From: Isosphaeraceae bacterium
GTDB lineage: Bacteria; Planctomycetota; Planctomycetia; Isosphaerales; Isosphaeraceae
Assembly (NCBI GenBank): GCA_965201075.1
Contig: CBDAVP010000005.1
Coordinates: forward strand, 62,001 to 126,000
Direction of reading: 5' to 3'
Length of the DNA: 64,000 nt
Made by a program: the position numbers and the translations under genes. Numbering within the stretch: position 1 is the first letter of the stretch; each line of letters starts with the position of its first letter. Under the pieces are notes generated by a model. It saw nothing but the letters and a program-made list of their open reading frames with translations, did not search any database and had not been told where the DNA came from. This document shows positions 56,283-64,000 of the stretch, in pieces.

Positions 56283-57776
56283 CTAACCGCCTGCACTGGG
56301 CCATTCCCGCAATTCCCGGCGTGCCGTCTCCAGGCTACGGGTTGTCAAGGCTCGCAGAAACGGCTGGCCAGGGACGGCGTATTGCGGCTCCGAGAGCTGC
56401 CAACCCAGAACAAACGCCGAGAACTCCAGCGACTTCGCCCCCGCCGCTCTCCAGAAGGCGGCCATCCAGAGAAGCATCCGCCGATATCGGTCCAAACGGC
56501 CTTCCAATCGATGCTCGAACAGAAATCGGTACGCTCCTGAATCGCGCCGAGGATCGGCCGGCGAGGAACCCTCCCGCAACTCGATCGCCTGGGCCAACTC
56601 CCGGGTCAATTCCGACCGATCGATCCAGGTCGGGCAAGCGTTCAGAACCTCGTCCGCCGAGTGACTCATCGCCTCGGCGGTCTGTCCGGACGGATCGCAC
56701 TCGCCAAAGTCCGCCGCCAGCGGCCTGGCCTGAAACCCCGCGCCGGCCGTCCGTTCGATCCAGTACCGCAATGACGGTGGCGACCCCGGCCCACACAGCA
56801 GCAAGCTCCCCGACAGGAACGCCAGGGCCGCCGCCGGGTTATTGAGCACCTCCGAAGGCCCCAGACTTGACCGCAACTCCGTTTCCGAGGGCACGCCGTC
56901 CTCGTCCCGCCCCCAGACCTCCACCACTCCATTCAACACGTCGCAGCCAAACCACCCGATGACCACCCGTCCCCGTTCCTCGGCGACCAGCACCACCGTC
57001 GCTCGCCCCTCGCCATCGACGGCCGTCACCCACCCCTCTCGCAGCCGGGGCGCGACCCTCGCCGGGAGCGAATCAACGGACCCGATCCTCGCCAATGCCC
57101 GAGAAACCACTTCGGGGTCCGGATGATCCTCGGCCAGTGACACCCAGGCGGCGCGCAAGGGGCCACCGTCCCCGTCCAGTCCTTCCAGTCCCCGGAGCGC
57201 GGCCGTCCGGGTCTCCTCATCGTGAGCGAACGCCAGCAAGCGAAGGATCTCGACAATCCCCGGGCCGACCTGTTCCCGCCTCGCCAGTCCTTCGATGATT
57301 TCCGCCCGGACTTCCGGCTCCACCGCTCCGAATGCTTGCAAGGCCACCCAGGCTTCGTCTGGGTCGTCTTCCAACTGCTCGGCCAGGATTTCCAGCGATC
57401 CCGTCTCATCGTCGAGCATCTCGACGAGATCATTCCAGCGTTCGAGCAATCCGGGAGACGCCTCCAAACGGCCCGTGCCCTCCAGGAGCGACAGGGCTTC
57501 GTACCAACGATCCGCCGACAAATCCGGCTCACGCTCCAGAGACTCGAGCAGCGCATCCAGCAACTCGGGGCTCGCGAACGCCTCCACCAGCCGCAGCACG
57601 ACCGAACCGTCCGCCTCCCCCAGCCGGTCGAATCGTTCGGGCAGGACGGCGACGATCGCCTCCGGGTCGAACCCGAGGATGAGCCGCTCGAACACCTCAT
57701 CCCCCTGGAGATCCGTCCATTCGGGATGTTCGCGAAGGGAATTCAGAAGGCCGCGTGGTGACGAATTTTGGGACAT
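56283..57776 (-). CDS. Acidic alpha-helical (HEAT-like) hypothetical protein
   Basis: About 497-aa ORF with strong codon bias; D.E.R.AAL..L and D.EV..RA helical repeats. Confidence 0.7.
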   Translation of the reverse strand: MSQNSSPRGLLNSLREHPEWTDLQGDEVFERLILGFDPEAIVAVLPERFDRLGEADGSVVLRLVEAFASPELLDALLESLEREPDLSADRWYEALSLLEGTGRLEASPGLLERWNDLVEMLDDETGSLEILAEQLEDDPDEAWVALQAFGAVEPEVRAEIIEGLARREQVGPGIVEILRLLAFAHDEETRTAALRGLEGLDGDGGPLRAAWVSLAEDHPDPEVVSRALARIGSVDSLPARVAPRLREGWVTAVDGEGRATVVLVAEERGRVVIGWFGCDVLNGVVEVWGRDEDGVPSETELRSSLGPSEVLNNPAAALAFLSGSLLLCGPGSPPSLRYWIERTAGAGFQARPLAADFGECDPSGQTAEAMSHSADEVLNACPTWIDRSELTRELAQAIELREGSSPADPRRDSGAYRFLFEHRLEGRLDRYRRMLLWMAAFWRAAGAKSLEFSAFVLGWQLSEPQYAVPGQPFLRALTTRSLETARRELREWPSAGG

Positions 57777-57815
57777 CAACCGTTCCTTAACTCCCCCGAG
57801 AGTTGGCCCCCGCCG

Positions 57816-59852
57816 TCAACTCTTCCCGCCTTGATCCGCCAGATTGGCCCAGGTCGGGTCGTCGGCGGGTTCCAGGACGGCCGTTTCCAGCAGCGAAGGA
57901 TCAACTTCCGTGAGAAATCGGCTGGGGGTGGTCAGCAGGGTCGGCCCGCGACCACCCCGAGAGACGGTCAATGGGTAGGTCAAAACCAACTCGTCCATCG
58001 CTCGGGTAATCGCCACGTAGAAGATGCGCCTCTCTTCGTCCTCGCCGCCGGGCTCGTCGATCGCCCGACGGTTCGGGAAGCCATCGTCGATCAAGCGAGG
58101 GACGATGACCCGCGACCATTCGAGCCCCTTGGCCTGGTGGATCGTGCTCAGAACCAGAGTTTCGACGGGGGCATCGGCCCCGACCGTGTCGACCCCGTAG
58201 ACGTCGCCGGCCAGAAGGAGGTCGGCGATCAGTCGTTCGAGGTTGTCGTACTTCGCCGCCAGGACGCCTAACTGCTCGACGTCGGCGATGCGGTTCTCGG
58301 GCCGTTCGTAGCGGGTCTTCACCAGCGCCGGATAGCCGCCTTGGAGGATCGCGGCGATGGCGGCGGCGGGTTCGGTCTCGGGTTTGGCCGCCTGAACCTT
58401 TCGCAGGTCGGCCACGAATCCGGCGAAGAATCCTTTCGACTTGACTGGCACGATCGCCATCGCCCCGGCCGTAGCCAGCGAGGCGAGTGGGTCGTCAGTC
58501 TTCGCCAGATATTCCCACAAGGCCGCCGCCTTCGCCGGCCCGACCCCCGGCACCAGCAACAGCAAGCGTCGCCAGGCCGGTTCGTCCCGTGGGTTGGCGA
58601 TCAGCCGCAGGTAGGCCAGGACGTCCTTGATGTGGGCCTGCTCAAAAAATCGCAGGCCGCTGCGTACGGTGTAGGTGATGCCCCTGGCCACCAACTCGGC
58701 CTGAATGAGGATGCTGTCGTGGTGATTCCGATACAGAATGGCGATCCGACCCAGCCCGATCCCTTCCTCGTGCCAGTCCAGAACCTGCTGGCAGAGGAAT
58801 TCCGCCTCCTCATAGGCGTCGGCGGCTGGGACCACCACCGGCCGCATTCCCGCTTGCCGCGCCGAGGTCAGCGTTTTGGGGAACCCGGTGGTATTCTGGC
58901 CGATCGAGGCATTGGTGAACGCGACGATCTCGGGCGTTGACCGGTAGTTAATCTCCAGGCGGAAGACCTGGGTTCCCGGGTTGCGGTCGGGGAACTTGAG
59001 GATGTTGTCATAGTTCGCGCCCCGAAACCGATAGATCGACTGGGCGTCGTCCCCCACGGCCGTCAGGTTGTTGGCGCCGGCTCGGGCGATTGACTCAACC
59101 AGGGCGATTTGCACGGCGTTGGTGTCCTGCATCTCGTCGACGAGGATGTGGCGGAACATCGCCCCCTGGGCCGCCCTTTGTGCGGGGAACTCGTCCAGCA
59201 GGCGACCCCACTGGCCGAGCAGGTCGTCGTAGTCGAGGCAATTCGCCTCTTTCTTGCGGCGGGCGTAGGCGGCGGCCGCGGCCTCGATTTGAGGGGTCCA
59301 GGCGACGAGGTCCGGGTTGCGTTCGGCGACGACTTCCGCCAGCGGGCGGCTGACGTTGAACGCAAAGCTGATGAGGTGCTGGACCGCCGCCGGTTTCGGG
59401 GCAAGTTTGCCGGTCCCCACTAACCCGGCGTCACCGATCGCCAGGCGGACGAGATCGGCCTGATCCTCACCGTCTAGAATCGTGAAGTTCGCGCCGAACC
59501 CCAGCAGACCCGCCGATCGCCGCAAGAGCCGATTGCCGACATGGTGGAACGTCCCGGCCCAGACCAGCGCCGCCCTCGGGCCGATCAGGACTTCCAAGCG
59601 AGAAATCATCTCCCTGGCCGCCCGACGGGTGAATGTCACCAGCAGGATCGACTCGGGGGGCACGCCCCGGGCGATCAGGTACGCGACGCGGTAGGTAATC
59701 ACCCGTGTCTTGCCCGAGCCCGGTCCGGCCAGGATCAAGGTCGCGCCGTCGGGGGCAGTCGCCGCGGCCCGTTGCGGTTCGTTCAGGTCGGCGAGGAACT
59801 GCTCGCGGAGCCGATCCGGTCCTTCCCTGCGAAGCTGAATCTTCCTCGCCAT
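57816..59852 (-). CDS. UvrD/PcrA/Rep family ATP-dependent DNA helicase
   Basis: AGPGSGKT, TFT, GTFH, VDEMQD, GDDAQSIYRFRGA, NYRS, TIHQAKGLEW, EERR.FYVAITRA. Confidence 0.95.
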   Translation of the reverse strand: MARKIQLRREGPDRLREQFLADLNEPQRAAATAPDGATLILAGPGSGKTRVITYRVAYLIARGVPPESILLVTFTRRAAREMISRLEVLIGPRAALVWAGTFHHVGNRLLRRSAGLLGFGANFTILDGEDQADLVRLAIGDAGLVGTGKLAPKPAAVQHLISFAFNVSRPLAEVVAERNPDLVAWTPQIEAAAAAYARRKKEANCLDYDDLLGQWGRLLDEFPAQRAAQGAMFRHILVDEMQDTNAVQIALVESIARAGANNLTAVGDDAQSIYRFRGANYDNILKFPDRNPGTQVFRLEINYRSTPEIVAFTNASIGQNTTGFPKTLTSARQAGMRPVVVPAADAYEEAEFLCQQVLDWHEEGIGLGRIAILYRNHHDSILIQAELVARGITYTVRSGLRFFEQAHIKDVLAYLRLIANPRDEPAWRRLLLLVPGVGPAKAAALWEYLAKTDDPLASLATAGAMAIVPVKSKGFFAGFVADLRKVQAAKPETEPAAAIAAILQGGYPALVKTRYERPENRIADVEQLGVLAAKYDNLERLIADLLLAGDVYGVDTVGADAPVETLVLSTIHQAKGLEWSRVIVPRLIDDGFPNRRAIDEPGGEDEERRIFYVAITRAMDELVLTYPLTVSRGGRGPTLLTTPSRFLTEVDPSLLETAVLEPADDPTWANLADQGGKS

Positions 59853-59965
59853 TGACGGCCCCAGGTTCAGTTCCCGATCGGTCCGAGCCGACAGTATACT
59901 CGAAGGCACAGGCGGCGCTCAGGCACGCCAAAACCTGTTGGATTTGTTTTGGGAGGCTCGCGAGG

Positions 59966-60772
59966 ATGGCGGTCATGGACGAAGCCGGAACCACCTTGAC
60001 CGTCCTGCGAGACCCTCAGGTCTACCTTGTCGGCCGCCAGTCGATCGACGAGGGCGAGCTTTCCCGTTTCCTCGACGAGGAAGGCGTTTCCACCTGGAAG
60101 ACCGACACCGAGGTCGCCGGCCAGAAGCTGGTCGAGGTCGCCGGGCGCCTTTGCTACAAAAGCTACGCCCGTCCCCGGCCCGGCGGCAACGCCACCTACA
60201 TTGGCCACATCCTCGAAGTTGGCCACGGCAGCGTCCTTGAGCACGCGGTTTTCAACTTCATCCTCACCGGGGTCAGTCGTTCCTTTACTCATGAACTGAT
60301 CCGGCACAGGGCCGGCTGGGGTTACAGTCAGCTTAGCCAACGGTTTGTCGATGAAACCACCTGCGCCTTCGTCGAGCCCGACCCGATTGCCGACGTGCCG
60401 GAACTCCACCAGATCTGGCTCGAAGCCGTCGCCCACTCCCAGATAGCCTACAAAGCCCTGGCCGATGGCCTGGCGGCGAAATTTTCCCACATCGAGGATC
60501 GCACCCTTCGTCGCAAGAAAGCCCGAGAGGCTGCTCGGTCGGTCCTACCCAACGCCACCGAGACCCAAATTTTCGTCACCGCCAACGCCCGGGCCCTGCG
60601 ACACTTTATTGAGATGCGTGGCGATGCTTCCGCCGATGCCGAGATTCGCAAGGTCGCCCTGGCTCTCTTGCGGATCCTCCGCGTCGAAAGTCCCGCTCTG
60701 TTTGGCGACTACGTGATCGCGGACCTTCCCGAAGGTGGTCAGGCGGCCTCGACGACTTATAGCAAGGTCTGA
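59966..60772 (+). CDS. thyX: FAD-dependent thymidylate synthase
   Basis: GH.SVLEH, SRSFTHELIRHR, SQLSQR, AR.VLPN, N.R...HF...R, EIR. Confidence 0.95.
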   Translation: MAVMDEAGTTLTVLRDPQVYLVGRQSIDEGELSRFLDEEGVSTWKTDTEVAGQKLVEVAGRLCYKSYARPRPGGNATYIGHILEVGHGSVLEHAVFNFILTGVSRSFTHELIRHRAGWGYSQLSQRFVDETTCAFVEPDPIADVPELHQIWLEAVAHSQIAYKALADGLAAKFSHIEDRTLRRKKAREAARSVLPNATETQIFVTANARALRHFIEMRGDASADAEIRKVALALLRILRVESPALFGDYVIADLPEGGQAASTTYSKV

Positions 60773-60778
60773 CAGCGA

Positions 60779-60870
60779 AAGATATTCCGTCGACTGTTCG
60801 TGAGGTTTGAAGCATTTCGTCAGGCGAATGTCAAATTGCCTGGACGAATTCAAACCATGCAGCGTATCTT
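60779..60870 (+). other. Long imperfect hairpin between thyX and rho (candidate leader RNA or terminator)
   Basis: Nested pairings AAGATA/TATCTT, GGTTTGAA/TTCAAACC, TTCGTC-AGGC/GCCT-G-GACGAA. Confidence 0.55.
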
Positions 60871-60995
60871 GAGTGACTTACTCCGTTGACGACGAATTTC
60901 CGACAGGCCCGGCGTTGCCAACGCGTTCCCCCTCGACTGATCCACATTCGCCTTCCCGCCCCTCGCCCAACCGGACGAACCGACCGAGTCCCTCC

Positions 60996-62123
60996 ATGAG
61001 CACGGCCGACGCCACGCGTACCGGCATTTTGGAACTGCACGCCAACGGCCACGGATTTCTCCGCGAGCCGTCACGCCATTACAAGGTCGCGCCCGACGAC
61101 GTCTACGTCGGCACTCCACTGATGAACCGCTTTCACCTCCGCCCCGGCCTGAAACTGACCGGCCGGGTCGAGTCAGGTTCCACTGGCCCCGCCCCTCGCC
61201 TGGCCGAACTGATGGCCATTGAGGGACGCGACCCCGACGACTACCTCTTCGGCCGGGGGTTCGAGGAACTGACCGCCGTCGACCCTCACGAACTGATCCG
61301 CCTGGAAACCGGCGCCGAGCCGCTGGGCCCACGGGTCATGGACCTGTTGACACCGGTCGGCAAAGGGCAGCGAGGTCTCATCGTTGCTCCGCCCCGCACG
61401 GGCAAAACCGTCCTGCTCCAGCAAATCGCCGCGGCGGTAACGGCCAACCATCCCGAATTGCACCTGATGGTCGTGCTGGTCGACGAGCGGCCCGAGGAAG
61501 TGACCGAGATGCGCCGGAGCATCCGGGGCGAGGTCATCGCCTCGTCCTCGGACCACGCTGTCGAGGAGCACATCCGCCTGGCTCAACTCGCCGTCGAGCG
61601 GGCCAAGCGTCTGGCCGAGTCTGGAGGCGAGGTCTTGATCTTGCTGGACAGCCTCACCCGCCTGGCTCGGGCCTACAACAAGGGTTCCAACTCCGGCCGT
61701 ACCATGTCCGGCGGCGTCGACATCAAGGCCCTCGACGTCCCCAAGCGACTCTTCGGTGCCGCGAGGGCCTTCGATGAGGGGGGATCGCTGACGGTCCTGG
61801 CGACCTGCCTGATCGAGACCGGCAGCCGCATGGACGAGATCATTTTTCAGGAGTTCAAGGGGACCGGAAACATGGAGGTCGTCCTCGACCGCCGCCTGGC
61901 CGATCGCCGCGTCTGGCCGGCGATCGACATCGCCCAATCCGGCACACGTCGAGAAGAACGCCTTCTGGACGCCGACACCCTCGCCCGCCTGACCTTGTTG
62001 AGGCGAACCCTCTCCGACATGAAACCGGTCGAGGCGATGGAGGGGCTCGTCCGCCAGCTTTCCAAGACCCGCGGCAACGCCGAGTTCCTTCAGAAGATTC
62101 CGGTGCCCGCCCGACCCGCCTGA
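60996..62123 (+). CDS. rho: Transcription termination factor Rho (short form)
   Basis: GILE....GHGFLR OB-fold; GKGQRGLIVAPPRTGKT; DERPEEVT; DSLTRLARAYN; EFKGTGNME; SGTRREE.LL. Confidence 0.93.
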   Translation: MSTADATRTGILELHANGHGFLREPSRHYKVAPDDVYVGTPLMNRFHLRPGLKLTGRVESGSTGPAPRLAELMAIEGRDPDDYLFGRGFEELTAVDPHELIRLETGAEPLGPRVMDLLTPVGKGQRGLIVAPPRTGKTVLLQQIAAAVTANHPELHLMVVLVDERPEEVTEMRRSIRGEVIASSSDHAVEEHIRLAQLAVERAKRLAESGGEVLILLDSLTRLARAYNKGSNSGRTMSGGVDIKALDVPKRLFGAARAFDEGGSLTVLATCLIETGSRMDEIIFQEFKGTGNMEVVLDRRLADRRVWPAIDIAQSGTRREERLLDADTLARLTLLRRTLSDMKPVEAMEGLVRQLSKTRGNAEFLQKIPVPARPA

Positions 62124-62230
62124 GCCCGCCGGGTCGGCCTGCCGGGACGTTGCGAACGTCTCGGGGTCCGTTATCATTTCGGAGCGCGGCCCGACGTCGA
62201 TCACCGCTCCCCTTCCAGGCGTTCGCGACG

Positions 62231-63664
62231 ATGCCGATCACCTTGCTCTGCCCCTGCGGCAAGAAACTCCGCACCGCCGATCAGAACGCGGGCCGTCGGG
62301 TGCGCTGCCCGCAATGCCAGTCCCTGCTGCTGGTCCCCGAACCCGACTTCGTCCCCTGGGAAGAACACGCGGAGGAGCCGGCATCACCAGTATCGCCGCC
62401 GATGGCCGCGCCTTCCGCGTCCTCGCCGCCTTTACGGTTCGGAGCCCCCAACGCTTCCCCAGCGCCGTCGCCGCTCCCGTTTGAACCGCTGAACCACGAG
62501 TACAACCTGGAACCCTCGGCCGCGGCTCCGGCCCCCTGGCTGGCGCCTGACCCTGGCCAACGGGAGCCGAGCGCTTTCCAGCCGATCCGCGGCTCCGAGC
62601 CCTCGACCAGCCGGGTGGCCGCGGCCCGCACCCGCCCCGTGGCGGAAGTGGGCACGCCCTCGGCCCGCGAATACCTTCACTGGGTCCTGATCCTGGCCTT
62701 GATCCCGCTGGCCCTCTCGTTGCTGTCCCGCAAGGAAGACATCAAGGAACGGCTGGCTCGCAGTCTCCAGGTCCCGGTCGAGCAGGTGGAGGCGGAACTC
62801 GAAGGCGTTTCCCCCGACGAACTCCTCGCCCGGCTGCCGGGTCAACGCATCGAGGGGGCCCTTCTCGGTCACGATACCGCCCTTCACTGGATCTTCGCCG
62901 GCATGTCGGCCAGCGCCTTCCTCGGGCTGCTGTTGATGATGTTCCCTCGGGGCGACACCAGGCCGTTGCACCTGATCGCCGTGGGAGCCTTCACGGCGAC
63001 GGTCGGAATTTTGTTCCTGCTGGGGGTTCAGTTCGCCTCGGCCTTCGCTGGAGGCGGCCGAATTTGGCGAGGCAAGGCCGTCATCATCTGGTTGATCCTG
63101 ACGTTTATCCGCTTCTCGTATCAGGCGGCACTCGACGATAACTACGGCTTCCTCGCCAGCGCTTTGGGCTTCACCTTCGGCGTGGGGCTTTGCGAGGAAC
63201 TTTGCAAGGCCATCCCATTCCTCTGGATCTATCACCACTCCAGCACCCCAACTTGGCGACAGGCGTGTCTGTGGGGGCTGGCCTCGGGAGTCGGATTCGG
63301 GGTCAGCGAAGGGATCATGTACTCTCAGGACCACTATAACGGCATGGCCACCGGCCTGACCTATCTGGTCCGGTTCATTTCCTGGGTGGCCCTGCACGCG
63401 ATCTGGGGAGCCTCCGTCGGGCTCACTCTCGACCGCCGTCAGGACACTGTACGCGGCGTCGACGGTATCGCGTACTACTGGGCCGTCCTGAGAATCATCG
63501 CCGTCCCGATGGTCCTGCACGGGATGTACGACACGATGCTGAAAAAGGACATGGAGTTGTCGGCCCTGGGGGTCGCCGTCGCCAGCTTCTTCTGGTTTGC
63601 CTGGCTGGTGGAGTCGGCCCGCGGCCTGGAGACCGAACGACCGCCGAGGAGAGCCTGGTCGTGA
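62231..63664 (+). CDS. PrsW-family intramembrane glutamic protease with N-terminal zinc ribbon
   Basis: CPCG...CPQC; Pro-rich linker; multiple TMs; EELCK, GFG..E, LHA.W, LHG.YD. Confidence 0.87.
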   Translation: MPITLLCPCGKKLRTADQNAGRRVRCPQCQSLLLVPEPDFVPWEEHAEEPASPVSPPMAAPSASSPPLRFGAPNASPAPSPLPFEPLNHEYNLEPSAAAPAPWLAPDPGQREPSAFQPIRGSEPSTSRVAAARTRPVAEVGTPSAREYLHWVLILALIPLALSLLSRKEDIKERLARSLQVPVEQVEAELEGVSPDELLARLPGQRIEGALLGHDTALHWIFAGMSASAFLGLLLMMFPRGDTRPLHLIAVGAFTATVGILFLLGVQFASAFAGGGRIWRGKAVIIWLILTFIRFSYQAALDDNYGFLASALGFTFGVGLCEELCKAIPFLWIYHHSSTPTWRQACLWGLASGVGFGVSEGIMYSQDHYNGMATGLTYLVRFISWVALHAIWGASVGLTLDRRQDTVRGVDGIAYYWAVLRIIAVPMVLHGMYDTMLKKDMELSALGVAVASFFWFAWLVESARGLETERPPRRAWS

Positions 63665-63795
63665 AGCGAATCGAGACAGGCTGGCCTCCCATGCCGTAGA
63701 ATCCTTGAGGCAAACGGTTCTCCGCCGATCGGGTCTGGGTCGGATCGGCGGGAAGTCTCCAGGAACGCCAGCGGGCCGGAGTCGGGTCGGGGTGT

Positions 63796-64000
63796 ATGGC
63801 CAAACAAGATCGAAAGCCCCTGCGGGCGATCCTCACGGTGATCGAGACCGGAGCCTGGCGCAAGGTGCTGACCTCCCTGGCCACCTGGGGCCAGGACCAG
63901 GTCAGCCGCCTGGTCGCGGTTTCGTTGCTCATCTGGTTCCTTGGCGCCTTCGGCCTGTTCCTGGCCGAACGCCGCCAGGACGACGGTTACAACACCTTCT
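63796..64000 (+). CDS. Membrane protein, possibly potassium/ion channel family (3' truncated by window edge)
   Basis: My translation: MAKQDRKPLR...LVAVSLLIWFLGAFGLFLAERRQDDGYNTF. A TM followed by AE...NTF resembles the segment before a K+ channel pore helix, but the pore itself is not visible. Confidence 0.5.
   Translation, partial: MAKQDRKPLRAILTVIETGAWRKVLTSLATWGQDQVSRLVAVSLLIWFLGAFGLFLAERRQDDGYNTF

Overview
This is a high-GC, gene-dense chromosomal segment from a planctomycete, probably of the Isosphaeraceae type. That call is an inference from the DUF1553, planctomycete cytochrome c, DUF1559 and LExRxL-type extracellular proteins. It holds about 57 credible CDSs and one tRNA-Lys(CTT). 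Housekeeping genes include ribD, rex, purD, clpS, ruvX, manC, arfB, thyX, rho, a UvrD/PcrA helicase and a ComM/YifB ATPase. Hopanoid genes (hpnH-like, shc, hpnG-like) and many secreted proteins of unknown function are also present. I saw no transposase, integrase, prophage, CRISPR array or rRNA. The most notable observations are: (1) a divergently transcribed gene pair at 46960-49662 that shares one uncharacterised domain but carries two different export/anchoring tags (signal peptide plus PEP-CTERM versus an LExRxL leader); (2) a PurD with a gap-free 70-aa tandem duplication of its ATP-grasp B (lid) domain, the first copy lacking the ATP-binding loop; (3) a tandem pair of paralogous unknown extracellular proteins at 33869-35330; (4) a long AT-rich hairpin upstream of a short Rho; (5) REP-like inverted elements. 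All product calls come from motif recognition by eye, with no database searches. Many start codons were re-picked downstream of the ORF-track starts and are approximate.
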